Origin: Paraphysomonas bandaiensis
Lineage: Eukaryota; Protista; Chrysophyceae
Direction: 5' to 3'
DNA length: 64,000 bases
Assembly (NCBI GenBank): GCA_965644295.1
Contig: CBFFRP010000204.1
Coordinates: forward strand, 12,354-76,353
The translations under genes and the position numbers were made by a program. Shown here piece after piece: positions 51,154 through 60,422 of this stretch (the first letter of the stretch is position 1; each line of letters opens with the position of its first letter). The notes below the pieces were generated by a model. The model did not search any database and was not told where the DNA came from. It worked only from the letters and a program-made list of their open reading frames with translations.

Positions 51154-51803
51154 ATATAGACCTAATTAAATGCGATGATTATGTATGTGGATTAGCAGTA
51201 TAGGTACATAATTTACTTCAGTGTAAAATACAAAGTTTGTTGAACAGTTGTAGTTGACGTATGCGAATAACATTGTAAGCCGCTATAGGTACTGATATTC
51301 AAGTTATTATTAATTGTTACTACAATTAGTTCGCCAGTACAACCAAAACCCAGTAGTCGTTCAAGTAGAAAATGCTTCCTAATCCTTAAGAATTTGGTCT
51401 GTCAAAGGGTCTTGCCATACAGCAAGTTTACAGTCTACAGCAATGCTTACCAGTTTTCTTATAAATTGCTAATTTATTCTGAACAATGTTTTCTAGTTCG
51501 GCCATTTCGCAATCACGTCCATAACGACCCAATGCATTCCGAAAGACGATTAATTATATCATTATAAAATCGATAAAAAATGCTTAACTCTTTAACCAGT
51601 ATTCAGCTACTCTTTTGACATGCTGATAATACAGCAAAGAGCTTATGCGGCAGTAGCTATGTAAAAATTAATTGTGAATCAATTATTAGACATTACTAGA
51701 TCAGAATTCAACCCCATATCAATTTTAAATATTAAAAGCCTAATCAGAATTGTCATTGGGTGTCGCAGCTCTCTGTCATATAATTACAATTCATTGATGT
51801 AAT

Positions 51804-52384
51804 TCATTTAATACTACTTACATGTAGTGTTCCAACCGCACAGTTCGAAAATGCGTCAACCATTAACTTACATGTCAAAGCTCGAGATGGATTGTCTTTT
51901 AGGCACTTAATTACATTTTCTCGCTCAGTGGCACATGAATCAGTCAAAGGTTTGTGGGAAACCAATTTGCTTTTCAGAGCGGCGATCTAATTAAACTTAT
52001 AAGTACTCTACGAGTCAGCAAAATGTTGTTACTCACCGTTTGCTTAGAATTTTCCGCTTGTTGCTTCTCAATAGAATCCAACTGCTCTTGCACGTTGCTG
52101 TACACTTCGTTTGCAACCACCGCTAAGTGTTTGTGTATTTGTGCAGTGGCTTCTTGCTTTCCCCGCTCATAAGCTTTCCGCTCTATCTCTATCACAGAAT
52201 CCTCACTAGTCGATTCCAATATATTCTCACCATTGATCTATGCACCACTTTATACAGATATAGTCAGAATCGTATTTGTTACCACTCGCACTCCAAAATA
52301 ACCATCCGGTGCTGTTTCAGAAGCATTGGTGGCGGCAGTGATAGGTACACCAGAGACGGTTTGTTTGGCTTCTGCCTGTCCCAT
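51804..52384 (-). CDS. MICOS subunit Mic19/CHCHD3-like protein, 3 exons
   Basis: N-terminal MGQAEAK (myristoylation-type), coiled coil, and C-terminal CHCH motif CATERENVIKCLKDNPSRALTCKLMVDAFSNC. Confidence 0.7.
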
Positions 52385-52476
52385 AATAAATAATAAGTTA
52401 CAGAATCTTACTTAGCGACAAAGTTGAGGTCAAGGCAAAAGAACTGTAAACAATGCAGCAAATCATAGTAAACAAA

Positions 52477-53429
52477 CATACATGCATACATACATACATA
52501 CATACATACATACATACATACATACATACATACATACATACATACATACATACATACATACATACATACATACATACATACATACATACATACATACATA
52601 CATACATACATACATACATACATACATACATACATACATACATACATACATACATACATACATACATACATACATACATACATACATACATACATACATA
52701 CATACATACATACATACATACATACATACATACATACATACATACATACATACATACATACATACATACATACATACATACATACATACATACATACATA
52801 CATACATACATACATACATACATACATACATACATACATACATACATACATACATACATACATACATACATACATACATACATACATACATACATACATA
52901 CATACATACATACATACATACATACATACATACATACATACATACATACATACATACATACATACATACATACATACATACATACATACATACATACATA
53001 CATACATACATACATACATACATACATACATACATACATACATACATACATACATACATACATACATACATACATACATACATACATACATACATACATA
53101 CATACATACATACATACATACATACATACATACATACATACATACATACATACATACATACATACATACATACATACATACATACATACATACATACATA
53201 CATACATACATACATACATACATACATACATACATACATACCTACATACATACATACCTACATACATACATACATACATACATACATACATACATACATA
53301 CATACATACATACATACATACATACATACATACATACATACATACATACATACATACATACATACATACATACATACATACATACATACATACATACATA
53401 CATACATACATACATACATACATGCATAC
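52477..53429. repeat. (CATA)n microsatellite, about 950 bp
   Basis: About 235 nearly perfect units, with two CCTA variants near 53241 and 53257. Confidence 0.99.
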
Positions 53430-53540
53430 GTACTCGGCATGTATAAATATGTGTACAGCAATAGATGTGCATAGCTGCATATTGAGTGTGGAGTTAAGTT
53501 CTAGTCGTCATAATAGGCGCAATTTCACCATAAACCCCTC

Positions 53541-54458
53541 ATGTCTCTGATGCATTCTGCTGTCAGACTCCCCCGTCGCTCATGTGTATCGGGTGTGTCG
53601 GTGTGTGTGCGTGGGGTGTGTGGGGTGGTGTCGTATGACAGATATGGAGAGGAGGCCGCCCCTCACACAGCTGTGTTCGTTCACGGTGTCCTCGGATCGA
53701 AGAAGAACATGCGCACACCTGCAAAGGAGTTCCTCGCTCGTAACCCATCATATTCATGCGTATCAGTGGACCTCAGAGGACACGGGATGTCTCATGATAT
53801 GGAGGGAGAGAACTCCATTGACCAGTGTGCCCGCGACCTGCACAATCTCTTCCACCATCTCAATATTGAGGCTCCGGATTTTCTCTGTGCTCACAGTTTA
53901 GGTGGAAAAGTCGCTCTGAAGTACTTGGACTTTGTGCATGAGAATGACCTCAGCTTTCCGACTAATACGTGGATATTGGATTCCCTTCCCGGCACATACG
54001 ATTTTTCGGATCTCAAACCCGACAGCCAATCAGTCAGCTATGTAATTAGGTGTTTAGATCAGATACCCGTACCATTTGAGTCTAGGAAGTGGGCGCTGGG
54101 GAAATTACTGCAGCTAGGCGTAGCGACCCCTATCGCACAGTGGCTCTGCACTAGTGTTGTAGATACACCCAATGGATCCAAGTGGGCCTTTAATATTGAC
54201 GCCGTTAAATCCATATTTAAGGACTTTTGTGTAGTTGATATGTGGCCATTTGTTGAGCAATACGATGGCAATGCTACAATACACTTTGTGCGAGCTGGTA
54301 GACAGAAGAAATGGACCCCTGAAGTGCTAGCTAGATTCAATTCTCTCCCGCAGTATAATAGAAACATTATGGTTCACACTATGCCGAATGCTGGACACTG
54401 GTTGCATTCGGAGGACTTGTCGGGTCTCTTAAAGATAATTCAAGAACACAATAGGTAA
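53541..54458 (+). CDS. Alpha/beta hydrolase, ABHD11/YbfF-like, probable mitochondrial presequence
   Basis: FVHGVLGS, VDLRGHG, AHSLGGKVA (nucleophile Ser), AGHWLHSE. Confidence 0.88.
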   Translation: MSLMHSAVRLPRRSCVSGVSVCVRGVCGVVSYDRYGEEAAPHTAVFVHGVLGSKKNMRTPAKEFLARNPSYSCVSVDLRGHGMSHDMEGENSIDQCARDLHNLFHHLNIEAPDFLCAHSLGGKVALKYLDFVHENDLSFPTNTWILDSLPGTYDFSDLKPDSQSVSYVIRCLDQIPVPFESRKWALGKLLQLGVATPIAQWLCTSVVDTPNGSKWAFNIDAVKSIFKDFCVVDMWPFVEQYDGNATIHFVRAGRQKKWTPEVLARFNSLPQYNRNIMVHTMPNAGHWLHSEDLSGLLKIIQEHNR

Positions 54459-54664
54459 TGCTGCGTATTCGTAATAATAAAGTAAGCTTTATTGTTGCAT
54501 CCGTGTCAGTATACCCCACTGATTACGACTATTATCAGTACTCTAAGTTGATGAAACAATAATAGTGCAATAGTGACGGTAGTCTCTCTTTGATAAGCAG
54601 CTAAAGAAATATCTATAGTACTAGTTGCAACTCCTTCTCATGTAAAAGTGCTAATACATGAGTT

Positions 54665-55545
54665 CAGGGCTAGGAAACAATATATTGAATTGCAATACAT
54701 TGTACAATATATTGCAATATATTGTAAAATATATTGATTGTTCGACCGGCCAAAATTTCCATCAATATTGTTTCTGTTATAGTGGCTCACAATATATTGC
54801 AATCAATATTATGATAGTCATATAAGAGAAGATCCTTAACTGTAGGGTAAAAAATACAAGTCCATGTATACAAATATCCGGAAAATAAGTAAAAAGCCTA
54901 TTTTTATGTAAATTTCTGTTTTTTATGTATCGCCAGCTCAAACAATACTCTACACCTCTCTACATGTATGTACAGTACTTCTCTTAATAGAGTATATATA
55001 TTCTATAGTGATAAGAAGAGACATCTGAACGATGAATGCATACAGAAGTAGAGATATTTACCGCTGTTTTTGGAGTTCGGTTGAAGGTGAACGAAACAAG
55101 CACGAATACAAAGTCTGTGGGCGCATACGAGTGCAGAAGATATCGAATGGCTACAACAACTTGAAGAACCACACATCGTCACATGTATGATGGTGAGTGG
55201 GAAGATTCCATGAAGAAGTATTTACGGGTTGTCTGCACCAATGGTCCCATGGATGCTTTTGTTTTCCAACCTTCGGACAAAGCAAAAACATTTTTGAGAG
55301 TGGGTAGAGTGAATAATGCTGATAATGTTTGCATTATTGTTGAGTTTTGCATTGGGGACAACTGGGCTACAAACAGAAAGCTGGCAAACGATTCCGGTAA
55401 TACCTTTGTTTGAGTAAAATCGTCGTCTGTTATAACTGTTTAATGGTGTATAGGTGTGCCCCTAGTTGGATGTCATTTCATCGACTTAACCTTGCGGTCA
55501 ATGAACTCCTCGGGAGCAAAGAGAAGCGAAATAAGGGAGGAGTAA
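54665..55545 (+). mobile_element. hAT element left end and degraded transposase 5' part, truncated by the viral element
   Basis: TIR CAGGGCTAGG. BED-finger remnant CGRIRVQKISNGYNNLKNH, then GPMDAFV and HRLNLAVNELLG. Confidence 0.7.
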
Positions 55546-55667
55546 AAAAAAAGAGAGAGGAGAGGGGGATTTCACCCCCTGTACAGTGTTAACCGTGACC
55601 ATGAAAACTATTAATATACACCAACATTGCCCCTATGGTATTACTCTTTATCACTTACAATAATAAT

Positions 55668-55865
55668 GGACACTTTGAAGGACACTTTCAAGGACATATT
55701 ATTTTAATACAAATATATATTATTACAATATTGTAACTGTATATACTTATATATGGACACTTTGAAGGACATTTTTAAGGACATTTTTAACAAAAATATA
55801 AAAAAAACACAAAAAAAATGTTGTGAATATAAAATTTAACAAAAAATGTCCACAAAAATGTCCAC
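55668..55865. repeat. 12-bp-periodic GGACA repeats (two forward triplets, one inverted pair)
   Basis: GGACA at 55668/55680/55692 and 55755/55767/55779; TGTCC at 55847/55859. Confidence 0.8.
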
Positions 55866-55901
55866 TCAAAATACACAAAACACTATAAATACAATAATAC
55901 A

Positions 55902-57270
55902 TAGACTAAACCATAGTCTGTAACCATAGTCTGTAACCAATGATATAAAGTGGAATTATTACAACACTGAGCAAACCAATCACGGTACCCCTCTATTCCA
56001 TAGCTTCCTTAGATAGAGTATCAGCATGTGTGTACAATTCACTAGCTAACGAGTTACAGAACTATAATAATCGATACTATTTGTATCTATCGAACAAATA
56101 CTACAATACGCATGGAATGTATTTTGCGAACCACAGCCGAACGCAAAAGAGCTACACTTTCCTCTTTCGCGTAGATGCCCTCCACTACCATGCCGATGAG
56201 GCCATATCCTCTCTTTAATCTGCGAATTGAATACATCACATGCTGCAAACATCTTACCGTGGTCGGAGCACACAGGCACAGAATTGGTGGTAGACTTCGT
56301 AGGTGATCTATGATAAGCATTGAACAAGGCGGTTTATTTCTTGCCATCCTTGTTGGTATAAGAATGAACTAGGGGTTCTTTACGCTGTTGATTCCACACT
56401 CCATTCCACTGTCCTCGCTTATTGACACCTTCACGAACTTCACGAGTGAGTGCTTGGAAGCGCTGTGGGTTCTAAGCTCCAATATCTTACTTTCTTCCTT
56501 GCAAGCCCTTCTCTTGCAGCTTCATCAAGATAATACGAATCGACTATCAAATAAAAATTTTGTTGTCGCAATTTCCATGAATCGTATGCCAAGAGAATCA
56601 ATCCTTGGATAGCAATCCCTAAAGTGGTCTCAGTACCATATAAGTTGCTCTCGCAAAGGTCGCGAATGACGTATTACACCTCTTGGGGCATGTTGTTCTC
56701 CATAAATTCGAATCCAAATTGCAAGAGGCTTATATATAGAACACAATGAAAGCAAAATTACTGCTCCACAGTCATATCTCAAGTCGGCAGGGTCAATATC
56801 CTGGGCAATTTTCGTCACAAGAGATACTGTAACAAAACGCACGAATATCTTGAGGAAGCTGACAGTGCGCAAATTAAACGTAGGTTATCGATCTGCATCA
56901 ACCGTATGAGGCAGATGGTATGACTCATTGGCCAAATGAATTGGTCTCCAGCGCCCAGTGATCTCTATTTCCTGAGCACGCTCTGAGCTTCATGTCGCGT
57001 CATCTTCATCGTTGCAAAGAGAACCTGATTTGCGCTTTCGAAATGCCATGTCAAACTATGAGTGAATGGGGGATATAATGAACTTACCAGCACATTAATT
57101 TGACCTGCAATTCGCTGACTCAACACTGTGATTGTGAAGTGTGAAGTGTGGTTCACACTGTCTGATTTCGACTGATTTTATGACAGTTATTTTATGTATG
57201 AAAATCGACGTTATTTTCAGTTTTTTTTCAGTTTTTTTTTCAGTATGGTTGCAGACTATGGTTTAATCTA
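55902..57270 (-). mobile_element. Degraded TIR DNA transposon with piggyBac-like transposase remnants
   Basis: 27-bp TIRs TAGACTAAACCATAGTCTGTAACCATA / TATGGTTGCAGACTATGGTTTAATCTA. Fragments SFLKIFVRFVT and GKMFAACDVFNSQIKERIWPHR...QNTFHAY. Confidence 0.6.
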
Positions 57271-57445
57271 ACAACACTACATATATTACATTGACGGACA
57301 GAAACCAAACTTAAACACCGAACAACCACACCAGATAGACGGAACAACAGACCTAATTACCCTATATATAGACATGCCGTATTTTACTCCCTATTTTACA
57401 TATATAAGAATATAAAATAATAAAAAAATATATAGTTATATTATA

Positions 57446-57877
57446 ATGTCAAAAGAATTAAAATATTTTAGTTGTTGTGAAAATGTTGATTCCGAGCGTA
57501 ATGGTAAATACTACTACAAACATAAAAAGTACATTCATAATGATCCATTTGACTGTCTAAAACATAAGTTAAATAGGCCAGCTGATGAAGTCAATGATAT
57601 AATAAGCAAACGGTTTGAAAAGGGTTTTTTAAGTAGCAATTTTTTTACTTTTAGACCAGTAAACAATACACCTGAATGTTACGATTGGCATGAAAAATTT
57701 ATTATTAAATCAGGTTTAAGAGAAAACGAATGTGATGATGTTCAAGATGAATTTAATCTTAAAAATAAGTTTTGGGAATCAGTTGTTTATATCATTGAAA
57801 ATGACGGCGATAAAGAGAAAATGGAAACGGATAAGTGGGTATATTCAATGAATATTATTGATAAACTAACGCATTAA
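57446..57877 (+). CDS. PLV hypothetical protein (paralog A)
   Basis: 143 aa; clearly paralogous to 58277-58726 (KYFSCCENVD, DCLKHKL, YIIENDG..KM.T.KW). Confidence 0.8.
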   Translation: MSKELKYFSCCENVDSERNGKYYYKHKKYIHNDPFDCLKHKLNRPADEVNDIISKRFEKGFLSSNFFTFRPVNNTPECYDWHEKFIIKSGLRENECDDVQDEFNLKNKFWESVVYIIENDGDKEKMETDKWVYSMNIIDKLTH

Positions 57878-57955
57878 AAATACTATAATTTATTTCAATT
57901 ATTACATATGTAAAAATATAAAATAATTAAAAAAAATATATAGTCATATATTATA

Positions 57956-58240
57956 ATGAGTGAGTATTTATTAAAGTTGAAAGGTGAAGTATACAGTATT
58001 AGAAAAACACATATGCCTAAAATTCAGGAAGAGATAAGAAATTTAGACAGAGAAATAGAAGACATGAAAATTACATTATCAGAACTTCAGAAACAAAAGA
58101 AAGAGTTACAAGTAGAGCTATTAAATGAACGGCAATTAATCATATATGAAAATAAAGACGAAGATAAAAGGACTGAATTATTAAGAAAATATGATTTTCT
58201 ACACGGTGAATATCGCAGTGATTCTGTAGGATGGAAATAA
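57956..58240 (+). CDS. PLV small coiled-coil protein
   Basis: 94 aa with heptad pattern; upstream block shared with the 57446 gene. Confidence 0.7.
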   Translation: MSEYLLKLKGEVYSIRKTHMPKIQEEIRNLDREIEDMKITLSELQKQKKELQVELLNERQLIIYENKDEDKRTELLRKYDFLHGEYRSDSVGWK

Positions 58241-58276
58241 AATATTATAATAATATAAATATATGCTATTATTATA

Positions 58277-58726
58277 ATGCCACACACAGATATAAAATAT
58301 TTCATATGTTGTGAAAATGTTGATGATGAAGCAAAAGGTGAATGCGTGGATGATAACGATATAATATATAAACATCGTGATTGTTCTGACTGCAAAAAGC
58401 ATAAATTAAGTAAAACAGTTGATGAAGTTCAGGATGTAATACATAGACGTTTTAAAAAACGTTTTGATGTTGTCAGGTTACATTATCCCTATGATGGTGC
58501 ATTAAAAAATTTAAATGATTGGGTATTAGAATTTATTAATGATAATAATTTAAAAGAAAGAAAAAACGAAGTTATTACTAAAGATGGCCGTTATTTATGG
58601 GATAAACTCTTAAATGCAATTGAATACATCATAGAAAACGACGGAAATAAAAGAAAAATGAAAACAAAAAAATGGAAATATTCATTAAATGTTGTTGACA
58701 AACTAATGGATGATGATGATGATTGA
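58277..58726 (+). CDS. PLV hypothetical protein (paralog B)
   Basis: 149 aa; KYFICCENVD, HRDCSDCKKHKL, YIIENDGNKRKMKTKKW. Confidence 0.8.
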   Translation: MPHTDIKYFICCENVDDEAKGECVDDNDIIYKHRDCSDCKKHKLSKTVDEVQDVIHRRFKKRFDVVRLHYPYDGALKNLNDWVLEFINDNNLKERKNEVITKDGRYLWDKLLNAIEYIIENDGNKRKMKTKKWKYSLNVVDKLMDDDDD

Positions 58727-58747
58727 TAAACTGATAAGAAGGTAAAT

Positions 58748-58790
58748 TAAGGGATAAAAATCCCTAAATTTTCGGGGAAATTATCCCTTA
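58748..58790 (+). terminator. Hairpin downstream of a viral ORF (candidate transcript 3'-end signal), copy 1
   Basis: Perfect outer stem TAAGGGATAA/TTATCCCTTA plus inner stem TCCCT/GGGGA. Confidence 0.45.
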
Positions 58791-58910
58791 GATGTAAAAT
58801 ATATAAATATATTATGTGATATACTTATATATGGTGAATATCGCAGTGATTCTGTAGGATGGAAATAAAATATTATAAAAAAATGCAATTGATAAACTGA
58901 TAAGGTAAAT

Positions 58911-58953
58911 TAAGGGATAAAAATGCGATAATTGTTCGCGAAATTATCCCTTA
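58911..58953 (+). terminator. Hairpin, copy 2
   Basis: Same outer stem with a different inner stem GCGA/TCGC. Confidence 0.45.
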
Positions 58954-58993
58954 GATGTAAAATATATAAATATATTATGTGATATACTTATAT

Positions 58994-59227
58994 ATGGACG
59001 GCCTAGAATGGGAAATAAGCTATGATAATTATGAATTTCCAAAGAAAAATATTATAGACTTAGACAGAGTGATTAACTTAGACACACCAAAATTAAACAG
59101 AAATAATAATATAGATACAGACATGTTGACTTATGATTTTGCAGAAATAAAAATATCTAATAATAATGTTAATGGAGAAAATACAGATTGTTCTAAACAG
59201 CAAGACAGCAAACCAATACCTAAATAA
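58994..59227 (+). CDS. PLV small hypothetical protein
   Basis: ATG follows a TATATATG viral-type context; overlaps the start of the minor capsid gene. Confidence 0.5.
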   Translation: MDGLEWEISYDNYEFPKKNIIDLDRVINLDTPKLNRNNNIDTDMLTYDFAEIKISNNNVNGENTDCSKQQDSKPIPK

Positions 59228-59903
59228 TAAAACTACTGATTGTATTTTTATATTACCAAAGATAGATGTTAAACGACGTCATAAAGCCTATATATCAGTA
59301 ATTGATGCCTCTATCCCATATTCATTTTATAATGTTAATTCAACCAATAACACACTGAATTATACATTAAATAGTATCCCATATTCACTTACAATTACAA
59401 AAGCCAATTATAATATTAGAACTTTAATAAGTTTTTTACAGTCCAATTTAGAGCCAGGATTTACAATAACTTATAACTCATCAACTAATAAATTACAATT
59501 TACCCATAGTACTTATGATTTTTCTTTTTCAAATACTTCAACCTGTTTTGAATTATTAGGATTTGAAGATAATACAACCTATTATTCAGATTCATTAATA
59601 TTATTATCAACAATTGGTATAAATTTATTTACAGTAAGAAACGTTTTAATAGCATCGTCTAATTTTGTTTTAAATAATATAAATAGTGCTACACCTAATA
59701 AAGCTTCTATTATTACCTCTGTCCCTGTTGATGTTAATGCAGGATCTATTATTAATTATAAAAACATTAATAATATTAAGAGCTTAGTACATGATATACA
59801 TAATATAAATACTTTACATGTCCAATTATTAGACCAAGACGCAGATGTATTGGAATTAAACGGTTTACATTGGTCTTTAAATTTATTATTAACTATTGAA
59901 TAA
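59166..59903 (+). CDS. PLV minor capsid (penton-like, single jelly-roll) protein; probable start 59172
   Basis: IVLNSK, DASIPYSFYNVNSTNNTL, CFELLGF, IITSVPVD and QLLDQD...LNGLHWSLNL fit the pattern of PLV/virophage-type pentons. Lies just upstream of the MCP. Confidence 0.78.
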   Translation: MLMEKIQIVLNSKTANQYLNNKTTDCIFILPKIDVKRRHKAYISVIDASIPYSFYNVNSTNNTLNYTLNSIPYSLTITKANYNIRTLISFLQSNLEPGFTITYNSSTNKLQFTHSTYDFSFSNTSTCFELLGFEDNTTYYSDSLILLSTIGINLFTVRNVLIASSNFVLNNINSATPNKASIITSVPVDVNAGSIINYKNINNIKSLVHDIHNINTLHVQLLDQDADVLELNGLHWSLNLLLTIE

Positions 59904-59933
59904 AAAATATTTCTCTCAATATAGTATATATAC

Positions 59934-60374
59934 ATGTCAAAACTAGGCAAAAAGCTAAATCGTAAATTTCGTAAACTAGGTCGTAAGGCCGATCACAGAA
60001 TACATAAACTAGGACAAAAAACACACGACGTATTAGACAAGGTTCAGAGTGGAGTAAATAAAGGTCTTGATAAATCGGCAAAAGCAATTAACGTAGCAGA
60101 TAAAATATTAGGCGTTGGCGATAAAACTATACACGCTATTAATGAAGCAGGATTAAATACAATGCCCGTTGTTGGATCAGCATCTAGACTATTGGAAGCA
60201 GGATTACACGAAGGGCATAAAGGTGTGCATAAGCTACATAAGCTCCATAATAAAGCCGATAAACACAGTAAAAAAGCATTTAAAAAGGCTCATAACGCAG
60301 GTAATAAATTAGAAAAACACAACACAAGAAAAGCTTTAGCTAAGTTAACACAAGATGATAGCACATTTATATAA
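59934..60374 (+). CDS. PLV basic Lys/His-rich protein, candidate virion core protein
   Basis: 146 aa, strongly basic termini (KLGKKLNRKFRKLGRK; HKGVHKLHKLHNK), located between the two capsid genes. Confidence 0.7.
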   Translation: MSKLGKKLNRKFRKLGRKADHRIHKLGQKTHDVLDKVQSGVNKGLDKSAKAINVADKILGVGDKTIHAINEAGLNTMPVVGSASRLLEAGLHEGHKGVHKLHKLHNKADKHSKKAFKKAHNAGNKLEKHNTRKALAKLTQDDSTFI

Positions 60375-60394
60375 ATTATATTTTATTATACTAT

Positions 60395-60422
60395 AAAAAA
60401 TATTTATCTATTTATAGTATAT
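60395..60422 (+). promoter_or_regulatory. Candidate viral late promoter (AT-flanked TCTA)
   Basis: TCTA at 60407, 16 nt before the MCP ATG. The same spacing occurs at 59156 before ATG 59172. Confidence 0.45.

Noticed and set aside
52398-53550. Long ORFs of MYVC/HTYI repeats
   Set aside because: They are translations of the stop-free (CATA)n microsatellite.
58722-58997. Repeat-spacer-repeat pattern as a CRISPR array
   Set aside because: Only two ~110-bp units, the intervening sequence is a copy of a neighbouring gene end, and there are no cas genes.
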